The notes beneath the pieces were generated by a model, which made no database searches, was not told the origin of the DNA, and saw only the letters and a list, made by a program, of their open reading frames with translations. A program made the position numbers and the translations under genes. A DNA stretch of 64,000 bases from Monocercomonoides exilis PA203 (taxonomy: Eukaryota > Protista > Preaxostyla): the NCBI GenBank assembly GCA_001643675.2, contig LSRY02000016.1, positions 1,178,001 through 1,242,000 on the forward strand, written 5' to 3'. Position 1 is the first letter of the stretch. Each line of letters opens with the position of its first letter. Shown here in pieces: positions 39,800-53,339 of the stretch.

Positions 39800-40657
39800 G
39801 AAACGAACGATAAAGAATATTAAAAACATTTTCGAAACAATTTCTTTTAGCGAATTCATTCATCGCTCAAATGGGAACAGCAGTTTAGCAATAAAGATAT
39901 TGAACTGTTTCGATTTCATTATAAGCTATGCAAATTGTCATCGTTGAAGAAATCATATGCATTTTGTTGATGGTGGAGAACAAGATAAATATAATAATTA
40001 ATTTTCAAAGAACGGAAACAAACTCAACTGGAATCATTTCACAATCTTTTCAGAGTTCAAACTTTAACCATTTCTATTCATTTGCCAATTATTTTATAAA
40101 GGGATAAACATTCAATTAGCGAAGTTACTCATGAAACAAATCTTTCTAATAAAACAGTTCTAAAATTCAATCAAATAATAAGAAGAATATGCGGTTTCAT
40201 TGAGATGGAATGCTTAGAAAAAATTGGAAAAAATCGAATCGAAGAAATCGACGAGACTCTTGTGCACAAAAGAAAAAATGGAATTGGCAGAATTCAGGAT
40301 CAACAGTGGCTGTGGGGATTGTGTGAAAGAAAGATTGAAGGAGCACCTCAACATTTCAAAGTGGAATTTGTTGCAAACAGAACCGAAGAAACACTCACGT
40401 ATTTTTTGGAAAAGAATATCGATAAAAGCGCCATTGTTTACTCCGACATGTGGTCTTCTCACAATGGAATAAAGATTGCAGGATATCAGCACGATTATGT
40501 GAATCATTCAAAAAATTTTGTTAAACCTGAAGACAAAAAAGTTCACATTCAAACCATCGAGCGAATGTGGTCGCATATTAAATGCCTCATTCAAAAGCGT
40601 GGAAGGATATTGGAACAAATAAAGGAAAACGCACTGGAGCTTCAATATCGGTTTTAA
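39800..40657 (+). mobile_element. Merlin/IS1595-like transposase pseudogene
   Basis: EIDET, QWLWGLCER, NRTEETL, YSDMWSSH, VNHSKNFV, HIQTIERMW. Confidence 0.92.
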
Positions 40658-41199
40658 ACAAAGAAATCAATAACAAAGAAAATTTAAAACATGTGTTTTT
40701 ACAATAAAAATGAATAGAATTTTTATTTGATATGAACATGGCTAATTTTTTTAACTTTTTTTCGTTTTGTTCTCAAATAAAGCTAAATTTTCTTATTTTC
40801 ATCAATTTTCTTTTCCCACTAATAAAACATCAATAAAATGGAAACAGAACCTTTAAGCTGTGATTATTTCCATTTCAGAAAAGTTGAGAAAGTGTTTACA
40901 GATAATTAATGAGAATACGAAATTTTTATTTTTTTTTGAAAATAAAACCAAAGTTATTTTTCGAAAAAAAAAAAATATCTTGACTTGTTATTTGTTGATT
41001 CATTGGGAAAAATTTTTTTCTTACAAAAATTGAGAATAGAAAAAATGAAGTTTTAAGACAAATTATCAAAAACATGTTTGTAATTTTGTCATTGTTACAA
41101 TTTTCTCTTTTCATATTTCTGAGTTTTTCAAAAATATTTGATTTTTGCAAAAAGTTCGACTGTTAAAAACACTTTAAATATTTCAAAGGAATTATTTTT

Positions 41200-42243
41200 T
41201 GGTGATTCTGAAAGTTGAAATTTAAAAAAAAGTGAGAAATACTGAGAAATCATATGTATATGTGATAATTTTTATTGGGACTTTTTCTTTTTCGAGGAGA
41301 ACAATCGATTTGCAACAACTCATTAATAAGAAAGTGTTCTTCACTGGATAATCCTTTATCTTTATTCATTGAAATGCACATTATTGTTCCTTGCATATCT
41401 GGTATCTCTTTGTTCTTTTCAGGGTCTGTTTCCTTCCTCTCTCCCGAATTACTGTCCTCAGATTCTTCGACACTCATTGTTCGTTTTTCTGATTAACCAG
41501 TCTGCCCATATGAAATCGTTTGATATGGAGGTTTCATTGTTGGTGTTGTTTGTATCGAGAATTGTGCGGTTGCTTTGTTTGCGAGATTTGATTATTGAAT
41601 TGGAGGAAGACCAAAATTATGATAGTTGTTTTCTGTGTCGTCAAAAAGGAAATGCCATTAGTTTGTTTAAAAAAGCGAATTTTCTCAATTGTGGTGTCTT
41701 CTTCCCATCGTGAACTATTTTTCTCTGGAGAAAAGAGCGCGTGGGCAATCCGGTTTGCCAGTTTTGCTTTATCGTATGATCTGGACGGTGTGTGAGCAGT
41801 TGTTGATAGGCGTGCGTGTTTTGCGACACAAACCTCTTGGATCCCACTTGACTCTAGCTTGGATATCGAAATTTGTTTTGATGCGTTTGTGGAGAATTTT
41901 TACGTTTCTCCTCCTTTCAGCATCTCTGTTTTGCAAGCTTCCTTATTGTCTTCACAGTAAGTGGTGTGTGATGCGTTGTGTTGAGAAGGAACGAATCTCA
42001 ATTTTCATACGTTGCTTTAACTCTCTCCCAAAGGGCGAAAATAGCTCTTGCCGGACATATTCGCTTGTGATCCTCCTTGAGGAATGGAACTGTGATGTCT
42101 TCGCTGGATCTGAAAGTCTTGAGTTTTGTGGATACATATATCGCATCATTTTCAAATATTGAGTTGTCCATTGATGTCTGTTCCAGCTTATGAAATCTAC
42201 AAGAAGTGAACAGCATCACCAACGAAATTCACTTCTCTGCTTG

Positions 42244-42303
<60 letters not shown>

Positions 42304-43788
42304 AAAGAAAGATATTAGTTCAACACGTTGTTCTCGTACAATAATAGCAGATGTCTGGGCTCCACTTTTTTGTGTTCAGCTTTCTATGGGTCTGGGAAAA
42401 CGATAACGATCGAAATATTGTGCTTATTAAACGAACGTTACTCAAGTCCTTACCATATACCGTCTTGGAGAAGAGTGAAATCGCTGACCGTGTAGCACAC
42501 AGGCATGAATATTTACCACCTTTGTCTCTCATGGATAGTAGACAATTTGCACAATCCATTGACCATTCATCGAAATATTTCGGGAACGGCCCCAGTTTCA
42601 ACTCTTCCCATTCCCTGCTGAAGTGCGCAAAGCCAAAGGTGTATTGATTCCATGTGGACTTTGCTATGCTCTCCTTCGTAACGGAAATGATCCTATCTTA
42701 ATCTCCACAGCGCCTGAGGCTTTCACACCACTGTTCTTCTCCCTCTTCTCTTCACAGGAAAGTGTTACTACCGTGTGTCCACTGGGAGGCAGTACTGCAC
42801 CAGTTCTCATCAGACCATCTCCCGGGATAAAACCCGTTTTCTAGTTCCTCTAAATATGATATTGAAACATCCTCTTCCAGCAAGTTGCTCCATTTCTGAT
42901 TCCTTCATGCCAATAGAAGAATGATTGCTCTCGCTTTCTCCGCTTTTTCTTTCTTTAGACTCAGAAGAATCAGCGGAATCTGGGGATGAATGAGCATTGT
43001 GTTAATTGTCCAAACAGCAGTGAGACTATCTTGAGCGAACGAACTTCCTGGATCATACCATGTCTCCATCCTCTTGTTTCCTTCGTTTGTGAAACCGTCT
43101 ATCCCTGCTATCACTCCGAGAGCTCTCTCAGCTTCTTTCAGACATTGACTCCTTATCATATGATCTCCTGCGTCCTCCAACCTGGACAATGCGTCTGCGG
43201 TTGTGTTTTTCTCCACTGGAATGTGGATTGCTGTCATCGTCAATTTAATCGAGTAACATGTGACCTTGATATTTCTCAATAAAGGCAGGAGGTTGGATCT
43301 CGCACACCACCTGTTGTTGTTGAATACCACACTGGGGTTGACGGAGCGGAGATGAATCTTTCGCATATGGTTGAGATTGATTTTTGATGAAAAATTGATG
43401 AGACTTAAAAAGACTACAAGGAGCTCCTTGAATTTGGATGTTTGGAGCTTTGAGCTGCTGTTGAGCTATTTGTTTAAATGAAATCTCTCTCCTCTAACGA
43501 CAAAGATTGCTCTACAAGCACATTGCAAAACATCTTTAGAAAAAATAACATCTGACTTCGAGAAGTCCACCAGTTCATTTCTGTGTCTCTTATTGAGTCT
43601 TTTGATCAAGAAATCCAGTTGTTTCTTCATGCTTCTGTGCAAGAACACAGCTCCTTCCCAACCATTTTTCTTAACCTCCTTGTTAAGGAAATCGAACATT
43701 TTGTTCATGAACAACGAGGTGCCTTTGAACACGAACTGTTCAGAGGTGAGCTGTCCTGTGAAAGAAATCGACTCTCTCAAATTTGCAA
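41200..43788 (-). mobile_element. 3' half (RH, MT, YR) of a DIRS-like element split by the 43.8-49.2 kb insertion
   Basis: NTTADALSRLEDAGD, HPQIPLI, CATRSAISL, LFTSCRF, KLKT, ICPARAI; poly-A run 42248-42301 inside the YR. Confidence 0.88.
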
Positions 43789-46489
43789 AGTTATGAATAA
43801 AAAAATTCGGAGACTTTGGAATTGAAACTTTATTTGATGGAAAACAGACGATAAATCCTTTCACTATTTCAATATAAAAATGAATCAATAAAACGAAATT
43901 GAAGAGAGAAAATAATTATTAGAATCTCAGTTTCAATAGAATTTTCCATGCATCAACATTTAATTAACATTTTTTATTTATTAATTTCATTATGCCTTTC
44001 TACACAAACAAAAAAAAGATTTTTATCAGCTCTCAACAGGTGGTTTCTTAACGAGTTGAAGATAATTAAATGGATTCGAAACAAAAATCTCATTTATTCA
44101 TCAATGTTCAGTTTGAAAAGGATAAAAAAATTTTTTGAATTTTCATCTTGAAAAAAAAATTGCAACAATTTCAGATCTAAGCCCTTTTTAAAAACATTAA
44201 GGAGCAAATCAGAATTTCAAAAAAAAGCCACATCTTAATTAATTTTCATTATTGGACTTTTTTTTTGGTTGCATTTGGAACAGCTGTATGCTGCAATATT
44301 TGCATAAGGAAAAATTTCCATAATTCCAAAACTTCAAATAATATTTTGGAAAGTTATCGTTTTTCACCGATATAAGCACATTGAAAAAGTTAGGAGGAGA
44401 GATAAAATTTTTGAAATTTTTGAGGCATTTTCTTTCTTGATATTGAGTTAAAATGAAATGTTAATCAAATTATTTGCAAGAGTTCAATTATCGAAGAAAT
44501 CAAGATAAGAATTTTGATGATTTTTGAGAGGTCTTCTTTTTATAAACATTTGAAGACGTCAATGCTATTAAGGAGGATGAATAAATCTGGAAAGTGATGA
44601 AAATCTCGAAATTTTATTGTTTTTATGTTTCGAAAATTTCGAATAATAAATGTGATAAAAACAAATATGAAATTGATTTTCAAATATTTACAAAATTGAC
44701 ATTTTTTAATTTTTTGTTTTTTTAATAGACAAAATTCCCTATGCAATATATCCGGAAAGAATCTTTAAAAAATTTCAATGTCTATGAATTTGTTATCAAT
44801 TTATTATAAACGTAAATAAAATGTTTTTATATTTTTTAAACAATAAATGTTTATTATTTTGGAATTATTTTTTGTTGTTAATATTGAACAACAAAAAATC
44901 AAAAAAGAGAAATGGATAGAATCAGCATGTTAACAAAATAAGTTCTCGTAAAAATACATGTGATTTTTGATTAAACACTATATTTTTTTAAACCCTTGAA
45001 ACATTTATTAATTTTAAAAAATATTTTGTATGATAATAGCTTCAATTTAGTCACATTTTCATTAATATTCCACATGCACTATTTATTTTTTCCAAAGAAA
45101 ACATTTGCATTACTGTCAAAATAAGAAATAATAAAATAAATCTGTTTCAAAAGCTAAAAAATATACATACTTTCAATAGGACCGAACTTGATAATAATAA
45201 TCATGTCAACCATATATATAATATAAAAAATACACCGAAACTATTTCTGTTTTCATTCTAATTCAATGATTTTCTTCTGCCGAATGCTTTTTCATGTTTG
45301 TTGATGAAAATTTCATTAATATGAAGCTTTTGTTGCTTGATAATAACGATTTTTTTAAAAAAGATACAACCATGAAAAACTATTGAAACATGGAATTGAT
45401 AAAAGTTTCTCTTTAAGGTTTTTTTATTTTATATTTTTTTTTGTATTTTTTTTTCTATTTTATTTCGTTTTATTTATTATTTATTTATTTTTGTGACAGA
45501 CAAATGATTTTATAACTTGTCGTTTCATTGAGGTGTAATTTTGAATGCTGACAAGTTTATTCAGGAGTTTAGTGGTATTCTGCTATAAAAATGAGTTTTT
45601 ATAAAAAAATAAATCAAATCAATGAATAAAATCTGATGAGTTCTTCTTTTAAATAAGACTTGAAGTTATTTGCAAAAAAAAATGTGATTTTGAGTGGTTA
45701 TGTTGAAGTTTAACGAGAAAAGGACTGAGTGAAATATTATAGTGCAACAGAAGTGTGAAACAAAACATTTCTAAATATCCATTGATATAAAATAGAATAT
45801 TTCCTTTTTGAAAATTCATTATTTTTCTTATGATATTTCATAAATATTGAAAAATCATTTCTAATTGAAGAAATAAGATATACAAAATTCATCATAATAA
45901 TAATTTTCAGAATTTGGTTTTTGAGCACGATTTTTATTTAAAAGAGGATAATTTGTGAGCGATGCAAATAAGTTTTTCATCAGATATTTCAAATTGGAAT
46001 GTTTCAAAATAACTACCAAAAAACTTTTATTTCAATAAGTTTGAAAATCAGCAAGAATAATGAAATGATTTAACGATGAATACTTAATGTTGTCTTATTT
46101 GAAAAAGTTGAATTATCCTCCTGAAGCGTAAATGTGTTTTATCTTTCATTTTTTTCGATATGAATATTTTATTACACATAATAATAATTTTTTCATTTCA
46201 ATATTTTTTCCTGATTATTCCTTTGTGAATTGTTTCTATCTGCTTTCATCATGGACTTGACTTATATCATAACACACAACACTCTCTTGAATTTTTTTAA
46301 TTCATTATGAAACTGATCCATCTCGAAAAAGAAACAATACACAAACAATAACAGTCTTTATTGGGTTATATATTTTGAAAAGTCGCATATGTTAAATATC
46401 TGTATTAATTAAAAACTGAACCTCATTTGGTTATTTTTGTCAATAAATCCACAAAATTTTCAACAATACACATATTCTTGTGTCAAACA

Positions 46490-46759
46490 TAGTGTTAAAT
46501 ATTTGACTTCAAGCATTTTCATTGACAAATTATGCACATTTCATTGAATTTTTTATTTCAAAAAAACTCAACAAAAATGTGTCCATTTTTTGAAATTCGT
46601 GAAACAACACAATACTTTATGTTTTGATTTCAACGATGATTGTTTGAGGATGTGAAAGTCAAATTAATTTCTAAATCTGAGAAAGATTTATAAAGTTATT
46701 AGTGAAACAATCTTTTCATGCTTTGTGCAATAAATGCTTGAAAGTTCATATTTTCACTC
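46490..46759. mobile_element. MITE family 2 copy nested in an older palindromic repeat (~46370-46885; relative at ~52490-52730)
   Basis: Identity with 35816-36061; flanking inverted motif AAAGTCGCAWATGTTWAATATCTGT. Confidence 0.8.
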
Positions 46760-47399
46760 ATATGTTTAATAATTATTATTTGCAAAGTGATAACGTTTGA
46801 TGGATTAATTGACAAATAATAAAGTTCAAATGATGTTCAGTTTTGTTTTACACAGATATTAAACATTTGCGACTTTACAAAAAGAACAACCTGTATATAA
46901 CTCAAAAACAACAAAGTTGACCAAGACAAATGAAGATTATTTGGAAGAATGAAAATTTTAATAAAAAAATTCTTTAATTCTATTCATTCGACTTTTATTC
47001 GTTTGGTCACATTCATCTGAAAAGCTTGAAACAAATTTTTTCCTCTCGCTCATTAAAAATAAACTGAAATTCTCATTTCCAATATTTATTTATTATTACG
47101 ATGTTTTGCAAAAAATTTGCATCAATTCATTCAAATGAATAAATAACAAAAACAATTGAAAGAATTTTTAAAAACAATTGCATTCGAAAGTCTCAAGAGA
47201 ATAATTGGCATAATAGTACAATATTGCATTTTTCAAACTTAACAAATTAATCAATGATAACGTTGCATATGTTGTTTAATAAACATATGACATGTTAATA
47301 ACATGCGGAAATGCGTTTTGAGCAGAAATAAAAAAAATAAAAAATTTCAAATTTTTTATTATTTTTTTCATGATCAAAAAAATTTTGAAATGCAAATGT

Positions 47400-47537
47400 G
47401 AACAATCGTCTTCTATGGTGTATATTCTGAAGCGCTTTCACCGTCTCCAGCTCCTAAATCATCGTCTTCGAACAATTCGTCTTCGTTGGGAATAATATCT
47501 TCAAAAAATAGCACTTCTTCATCAACATCATCGTCAT

Positions 47538-47568
<31 letters not shown>

Positions 47569-48531
47569 TTCTTCTTATTCTTATTCTTCTTCTTTCATTT
47601 CATTTTCTTCTTCTTTTTTGTATTCTGCAATTTTTGAAATTATGTCTTCAAAAGAAAGTTTAAGAGATGTTTTGGCTAGAAACATGGCTATATGATCCAA
47701 AATATACTTCTTTCTGGAACCAAATCGCGGAAAAGATAGCCTCAAATGGGAACACAATCCTTCTATTGTGTTCGTGCATGCTCCAGTTTCAGGATTAACA
47801 AAGTTTCTTTTGTGACAGACGGTTAAATGTTAATAACCTAGCTCATCCAACGAAGCATACGCCTTCCATTCGTCTGAGACTATGGTCGTTCCAGGCAAAA
47901 TAAAACGCTGAATCAACGGAATTAATGTTTTCTTGGTTCTATTAGGAACAATTTTCATAAATCTTCTGCCCGCTCCTCCTCCGTCGAGACGCTCCACTCC
48001 TCCAAATATCCAAACGTGGTCTTTTCTCCTTTCTCTTCCATATTTTCTCTTCCTCCAGACAGCTTCATCGATTTCAACAGTTTTTCCTTAGCCTCCAATT
48101 GTTTGCTGTTTGTCATTCCATTCTTTTGCACAACAGACTCTAACAACACTGCACCAAAAACCCACCGTCTTTTGAGAAATTCCGAGCAAAGAAGAAATTG
48201 TTTTTATTGGTATTTTCACCCAATAATACAAACAAATCAACAAAGTTGAGCCCAAGGAAATTTTCATGTTTGCAAAAATAGTTCCATGATATACTGATTT
48301 TCTTTCAATGCATTTGGAACATTTCCAGTATCTGCAATTAAGGAAAACAGTGAAACATCTTTTTTGTGTTCTATGATATCTGCATTTCGGAACTTCATTG
48401 TGCAACACTTTCTCCAAAAACCAGCTCCACCTCATATCCTCGTTGTAAAAGAGCTTATTTAACTTTGAAATACCAAGATCCTTATTTTCTACTAGTATTT
48501 GCATAAAAATTTTTTGATCAAAACCCATCAA
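47400..48531 (-). mobile_element. Merlin/IS1595-like transposase pseudogene, nearly complete
   Basis: Zn ribbon WKCSKC, GTIF, HTH, IGG*GKTVEIDEAVW, WIFGGVER, VSDEWKAY, NTIEGL, acidic tail; in-frame stops. Confidence 0.93.
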
Positions 48532-49197
48532 TATGTGAAATCAATTGATTTTTCAAAATATTTTATTTTTTCAATGAGACGTTTCCGCACAGAATTTCTT
48601 GCACAAATGCAAATTATAAACAATGTGTTTTCATCGTGTGTGGTTTGTTTTCATTTTCCTTTCGTTCCATATTGAATCATAATGCCGAATAATTTTTCAA
48701 ATCGTTTTTTTTTCCCTATATTCAGAATAAAAACTTGGCAATAAACTATTTTGTGCATATTAATCTGCAAAATATGGCTTGACTGAATTCATATCCTTAT
48801 TTTTTTTCGTGAATACTTTAATCTTGCTGAAAAAGTCATTAATCATGGATAATACTAGAACATCACATCAGATGAAAATAAAAACTTTTTCGTGTGTGCA
48901 TTGATACTCTCACACAAATACAATTATAAGAAAGAAATACAAATTCGTTGTTCTTCAAAAAATATCTTTTTTGTTTGTGTTGAGTGGCATAATGAAATTA
49001 ATAAATAAAAAATGTTAATTAAATGTTGATGCATGGAAAATTCTATTGAAACTGAGATTCTAATAATTATTTTCTCTCTTCAATTTCGTTTTATTGATTC
49101 ATTTTTATATTGAAATAGTGAAAGGATTTATCGTCTGTTTTCCATCAAATAAAGTTACAATTCCAAAGTCGCTGAAATTTCTTTTTCTTTCATAACT

Positions 49198-50900
49198 GTT
49201 CTTTCTCACACTCTTTATCCTTTAGATTCATAATTTCTCAAATCCCTGATTTGCTGATTCTTTACAAGACTAACATATTCAAGGTCTTCAACGACTTCGC
49301 CAAATAATTGAACTTCATTTTAAACTTCTTCTCACTCTTTTCGTTGTGAACAAGCAATTCCGAATGAACGAATCAATCCACAGTCTTTCAAGTTGCATTT
49401 ACCAACTTGTTTCAATCTGAATTCAATAAAAGGATCTCGTCTTTTAGGGAAATGCATTTCACCTTCCATCTTTTTCGGATTTCCTTTGCATCTCTTCTCA
49501 TCATTTTCGTGAAGATTCGCGGAGCGTCTTTGAAGCCAAATGGTGTGCACTTGAACCTGTTCTATCTTTCATCGAACTTGAATGCATGGAATAAGGTGAA
49601 ATCCTTATGAATTGGAATCAGGAAATAAGCCTGAGAAATATCAAGCAAGGTTGGAAAATTTTCCCTTCTGGATCAGTCTCTCCACTTGGCAATTGTCCTC
49701 CATTTTGATATGCAAATCATTCATCGCAGAATTTCGTGGACAACAATCAAGGATTTGACGATATTGCCATATCTTCTTCATTATGAAAAATATATTGCTT
49801 AAGTGACAGACCTCTCCTTCTTCCAACAGTGTGAAAATATCTGTCCTGAGTCCTTCATGAATCCATACTGAACATGCCTCTTTCTCCTCTCTGCCTCCCA
49901 GGAAGCCTCTGCCTTTCTCCTTTTCCTGTTTCAACCTGTCCCTTGCAGCTCTCCCCTTCCAAATCGGTCTTATCCCGCCTTCTATCCAATTGGTCACTCC
50001 GATCTTCTTCCATTCCTCAGCAAAGGCTTGGGTGCGGCCCACAACTTTCTCCGATAAAAATTGCTTCTTGAGGCTGAACTTGTCGTTCTTCCAATTCCTG
50101 AGCTTGTTTATCTCTCTCTCCATGTCCCAGTTCTATTTGTTCTTTGTGTCTAGGTTGATGCAACACGAACTTGTCTCCGCTCTGTTCAAGGCTGCAAAAT
50201 GGGCTTTATCCTTTCCAACTGCCATGTTGTCAATAATCCGTCGTCCTTTTTTTCGTGAAGTGTTTAAACCACCTTGAAACAGAAATAGGCTTGAATACGA
50301 ATGTGGGGTGCAGTCAGGAGAGCTGCGATTATCAGCATCATTGCATATCCCTGATGTTGTTGTGCTTTGTCTATTGAGCTTCGTTTTTCCATCAACATTG
50401 CTTTCAGTGCGAGCATCAAAAAGGATTCTGCATTGAACGCTCATTCATCTCAAGCATTGGAAAATCAACTGTGCAATTGTTAATGTGGACGGGTTGTTGA
50501 AGACAAAAACAGTTAGACTTAATAGTGTGCATCATCTCGCAAGATCTGGAATTGATTTCCCCGATCCACATGATTAGCAAATTCAAACTCTGCAAGTTGT
50601 CCCCAAAGTTGGATTTGGCTGCTTCAAATGGAAGATGTGTTGGGGAGTGAGATGTGCGTGATGAACTGGTTGAAGATTTGTTCGTTGAGGTTGTTGAGGA
50701 GATCGCAGGCATTGCAAAAAATTGGGAGTCGGGTGTTCCTGAAGTAGGAATGAAGATGGGAGGCATCATTCCCATACCATCTGTTGATCCGCTTCTCGGG
50801 TATTTCATACTCAATCCAGATGAAGATCAATCCAACAAAATTGTGATCTTTTGAGTTTTATGATCGAATGAGCCCATTATGAAGAGATCATTCCCTTTAT
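49198..50900 (-). mobile_element. 5' half (gag, RT) of the DIRS-like element that continues at <43788
   Basis: VVGRTQAFAEEWKKIG, YRQILDCCPRN, FGFKDAPRIFTKMM; gag-like 50416-50814. Confidence 0.88.
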
Positions 50901-51166
50901 AAATAGAAGTTGTTAATAACAACATTTTTCAAAAATTTAAAAATTCTAATCTTTGAATTGGCACAATTATTTGTTTTTGACTAAAAACTTTCAAAAAACA
51001 TTGAGTGAGTTCTTCTCTTTTGTGCAATGTTCCAACATATTTGAAACAATTCATGATTTGTTTATTTGATTATTTTATTTTGTTTCTCACTGAGTTATTG
51101 CATTATAATTTTTTTTAATTTTTTTTGAAAGTCACTTTTCTCAGCGAACCAAGCTTTTCGAAAAAA

Positions 51167-51655
51167 TGTGAAATACAGTTTCACAAAATCTTCACATTTA
51201 TCCATTTATGTTTCAAAGCTCAAGTTCCACATTTATTTTTTGATGCTTTCTACTCATTTCATTTTTTCACAAGCATGCAAGTATTTGTATGAAAATTTCT
51301 TTGTATTCAAAAAAGAAGTGCTTTAATAAAAATATGCCACATAAAATAAATTCTTTAATAATCGTTCCAACAAAAATTGTAACATAAAGATTCTCTTCTT
51401 GTTGAAAACTTGTTTCATTTTTATAATTTGATCAAAGAGTCTTCAGTTTTGGTAACATTTGCTTGTTCAAGACAAGAAGAGAATCTTTATGTTACAATTT
51501 TTGTTGGAACGATTATTAAAGAATTTATTTTATGTGGCATATTTTTATTAAAGCACTTCTTTTTTGAATACAACTTGTGAAATGAAATGAGTAGAAAGCA
51601 TCAAATTTTGAGCTTTAAATGGATAAATGTGAAGATTTTTGAAATGTATTTCACA
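51167..51655. repeat. Palindrome with perfect 102-bp inner arms (51301-51402 / 51472-51573)
   Basis: Reverse-complement comparison; outer right arm equals the left arm with multiple short deletions. Confidence 0.9.
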
Positions 51656-52734
51656 TAATTGTGCTTAAAAAGTCAAAGTTTTATAAAGAAGTTAACATCA
51701 TGAAGAATGGAAAATCTTCTTTGGAAAAGGTTAGGAAAAACAGTAAAGAATTGGAAAAATAAAAAAAAGTTGAAAGAGGAAAGGAAAAAAAAAATTATAG
51801 ATTGAAGAAGCAGAATTTGTGAAATTTATTGTTTTTGTTATTGGATGAAAATTGACTTTGAAGATATAATTCATACGTGAAAAGGAATTAGATAAAAAAG
51901 TGAAAATGAATAAAGAAAGAAACAGAAACGAAATATGGGAGATTGATATGAGGATCAGAAATAATGTTGGTTTTTGGAAAAGTGTGGAATTGAAAGTGAA
52001 AAGAATAAAACTGAAACTATCAACCAAAAAATGATACTGAAGCGAAAAAGACAAACAAATGATAAAATATATTACCATGTTCCTCAATAAAAAAAGTCAT
52101 TATTCAAGTTGAAAATACAATAGTTATAATTTCTTCATCATCCACAAATTCGTAGTATTCCTCTTCTTCATTGCATTTATAAGATTGGATTTGTTTATTT
52201 TTCAATTTGAATAAAAAAAAAGAAACGGAAATGTTAGAGAAACAAATAAACAAATAGAAAAACTGAAGAACCAGAAACAAGAATGAGAAGAAAATGATCA
52301 GAAAAAAGAAAAGAGAAAGTTGTCACTAATTCAATTGAGAGAGATGAATGAAAAGAGATGGAAAATATTTATGTTTTTTTATGAAAAACAAATTTAAAAG
52401 ATACAAGAGAAGAAAGAAAGTCAAACTTCGAATTGAGACAATGAGATATTTCCATTTAAAAAAAACGATTTAATGTGTGCGGTATTCTTTTCGAAAAGTC
52501 ACAAATGTTTAATATCTGTGTTTGAAAATGAAGTGGACTTTTTAAAAATCAGTTTTTGCTATTTATTCATCAACCTTCATTATTATGTGGATAAGAATTC
52601 ACAAACCTATTTGATAAAAAAAAAGTTTATGCTGGAAAAATCTGATTGCTTTTTAACAAAAAATGATCAAATAAGGAAAATTTACATGAAACCCGAAAAT
52701 TAAACATTTGCGACTTTTCAAAAAGAATGACTTA

Positions 52735-53000
52735 AATGATAAAATATCTTTCTTCAGGTATTCTCATTGAAACATTTGCACCATTGATGAACTTTCTGTT
52801 ATCAAAACAGGAAATTTAAATGGGATCGTTTTGACATTTGTGGAATGAAACAAAATTTTTTCTCATAACATCAATTAGGATTGTTTGCACATTTGATAAT
52901 CCAACTTATTTTGAAATCTGAGAAAGATGTTAAAAGTTGTGAGCTTAACAAACATCAAGTGCTTAGTGCATTAAAAACTTGAAAGTCAGTGTTTTCCCAC
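52735..53000. mobile_element. Degenerate MITE family 2 copy
   Basis: AAATCTGAGAAAGAT...CTTGAAAGTCAGTGTTTTCCCAC|ATAT. Confidence 0.65.
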
Positions 53001-53094
53001 ATATCAAAAACGATAATTTTATTAATGGGCTATTGGTATCTTAATAAATATTTTCTTTATTTTCACGTGATCTGTTGTCTGTTTCAAAAAAAAA

Positions 53095-53177
53095 GAAAAG
53101 AAAAGAAAAAGAAAAAGAAAAAGAAAAAGAAAAAGAAAAAGAAAAAGAAAAAGAAAAAGAAAAAGAAAAAGAAAAAT
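53095..53177 (+). repeat. (GAAAAA)n microsatellite
   Basis: Direct reading. Confidence 0.95.
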
Positions 53178-53339
53178 AGAAAAAACTTGAAACGTATTTT
53201 CTATAATGAACCACTCGCATCTCTTCAACTTTCCTTTCCATAAAGGCCAATTTAATAACATATTTGCAAGTCTCATCTTCTGGAAATGCGTTGTCGACAT
53301 ATGAAGAATTTTTAATTTTAGTAATCTTCCACAATAAAA

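Larger units (their letters stand above)
43789..49197. mobile_element. ~5.4-kb inverted-repeat-bounded insertion carrying MITEs and a Merlin pseudogene
   Basis: 43812-43996 vs 48986-49170 are reverse complements (1 mismatch seen), with degenerate extensions on both sides; DIRS pol resumes on either flank; no clear TSD. Confidence 0.8.

Noticed and set aside
42248-42301. Poly-A runs (also 36446-36480) as retroposon tails
   Set aside because: No upstream element body or TSD; more simply homopolymer expansion or sequencing length error
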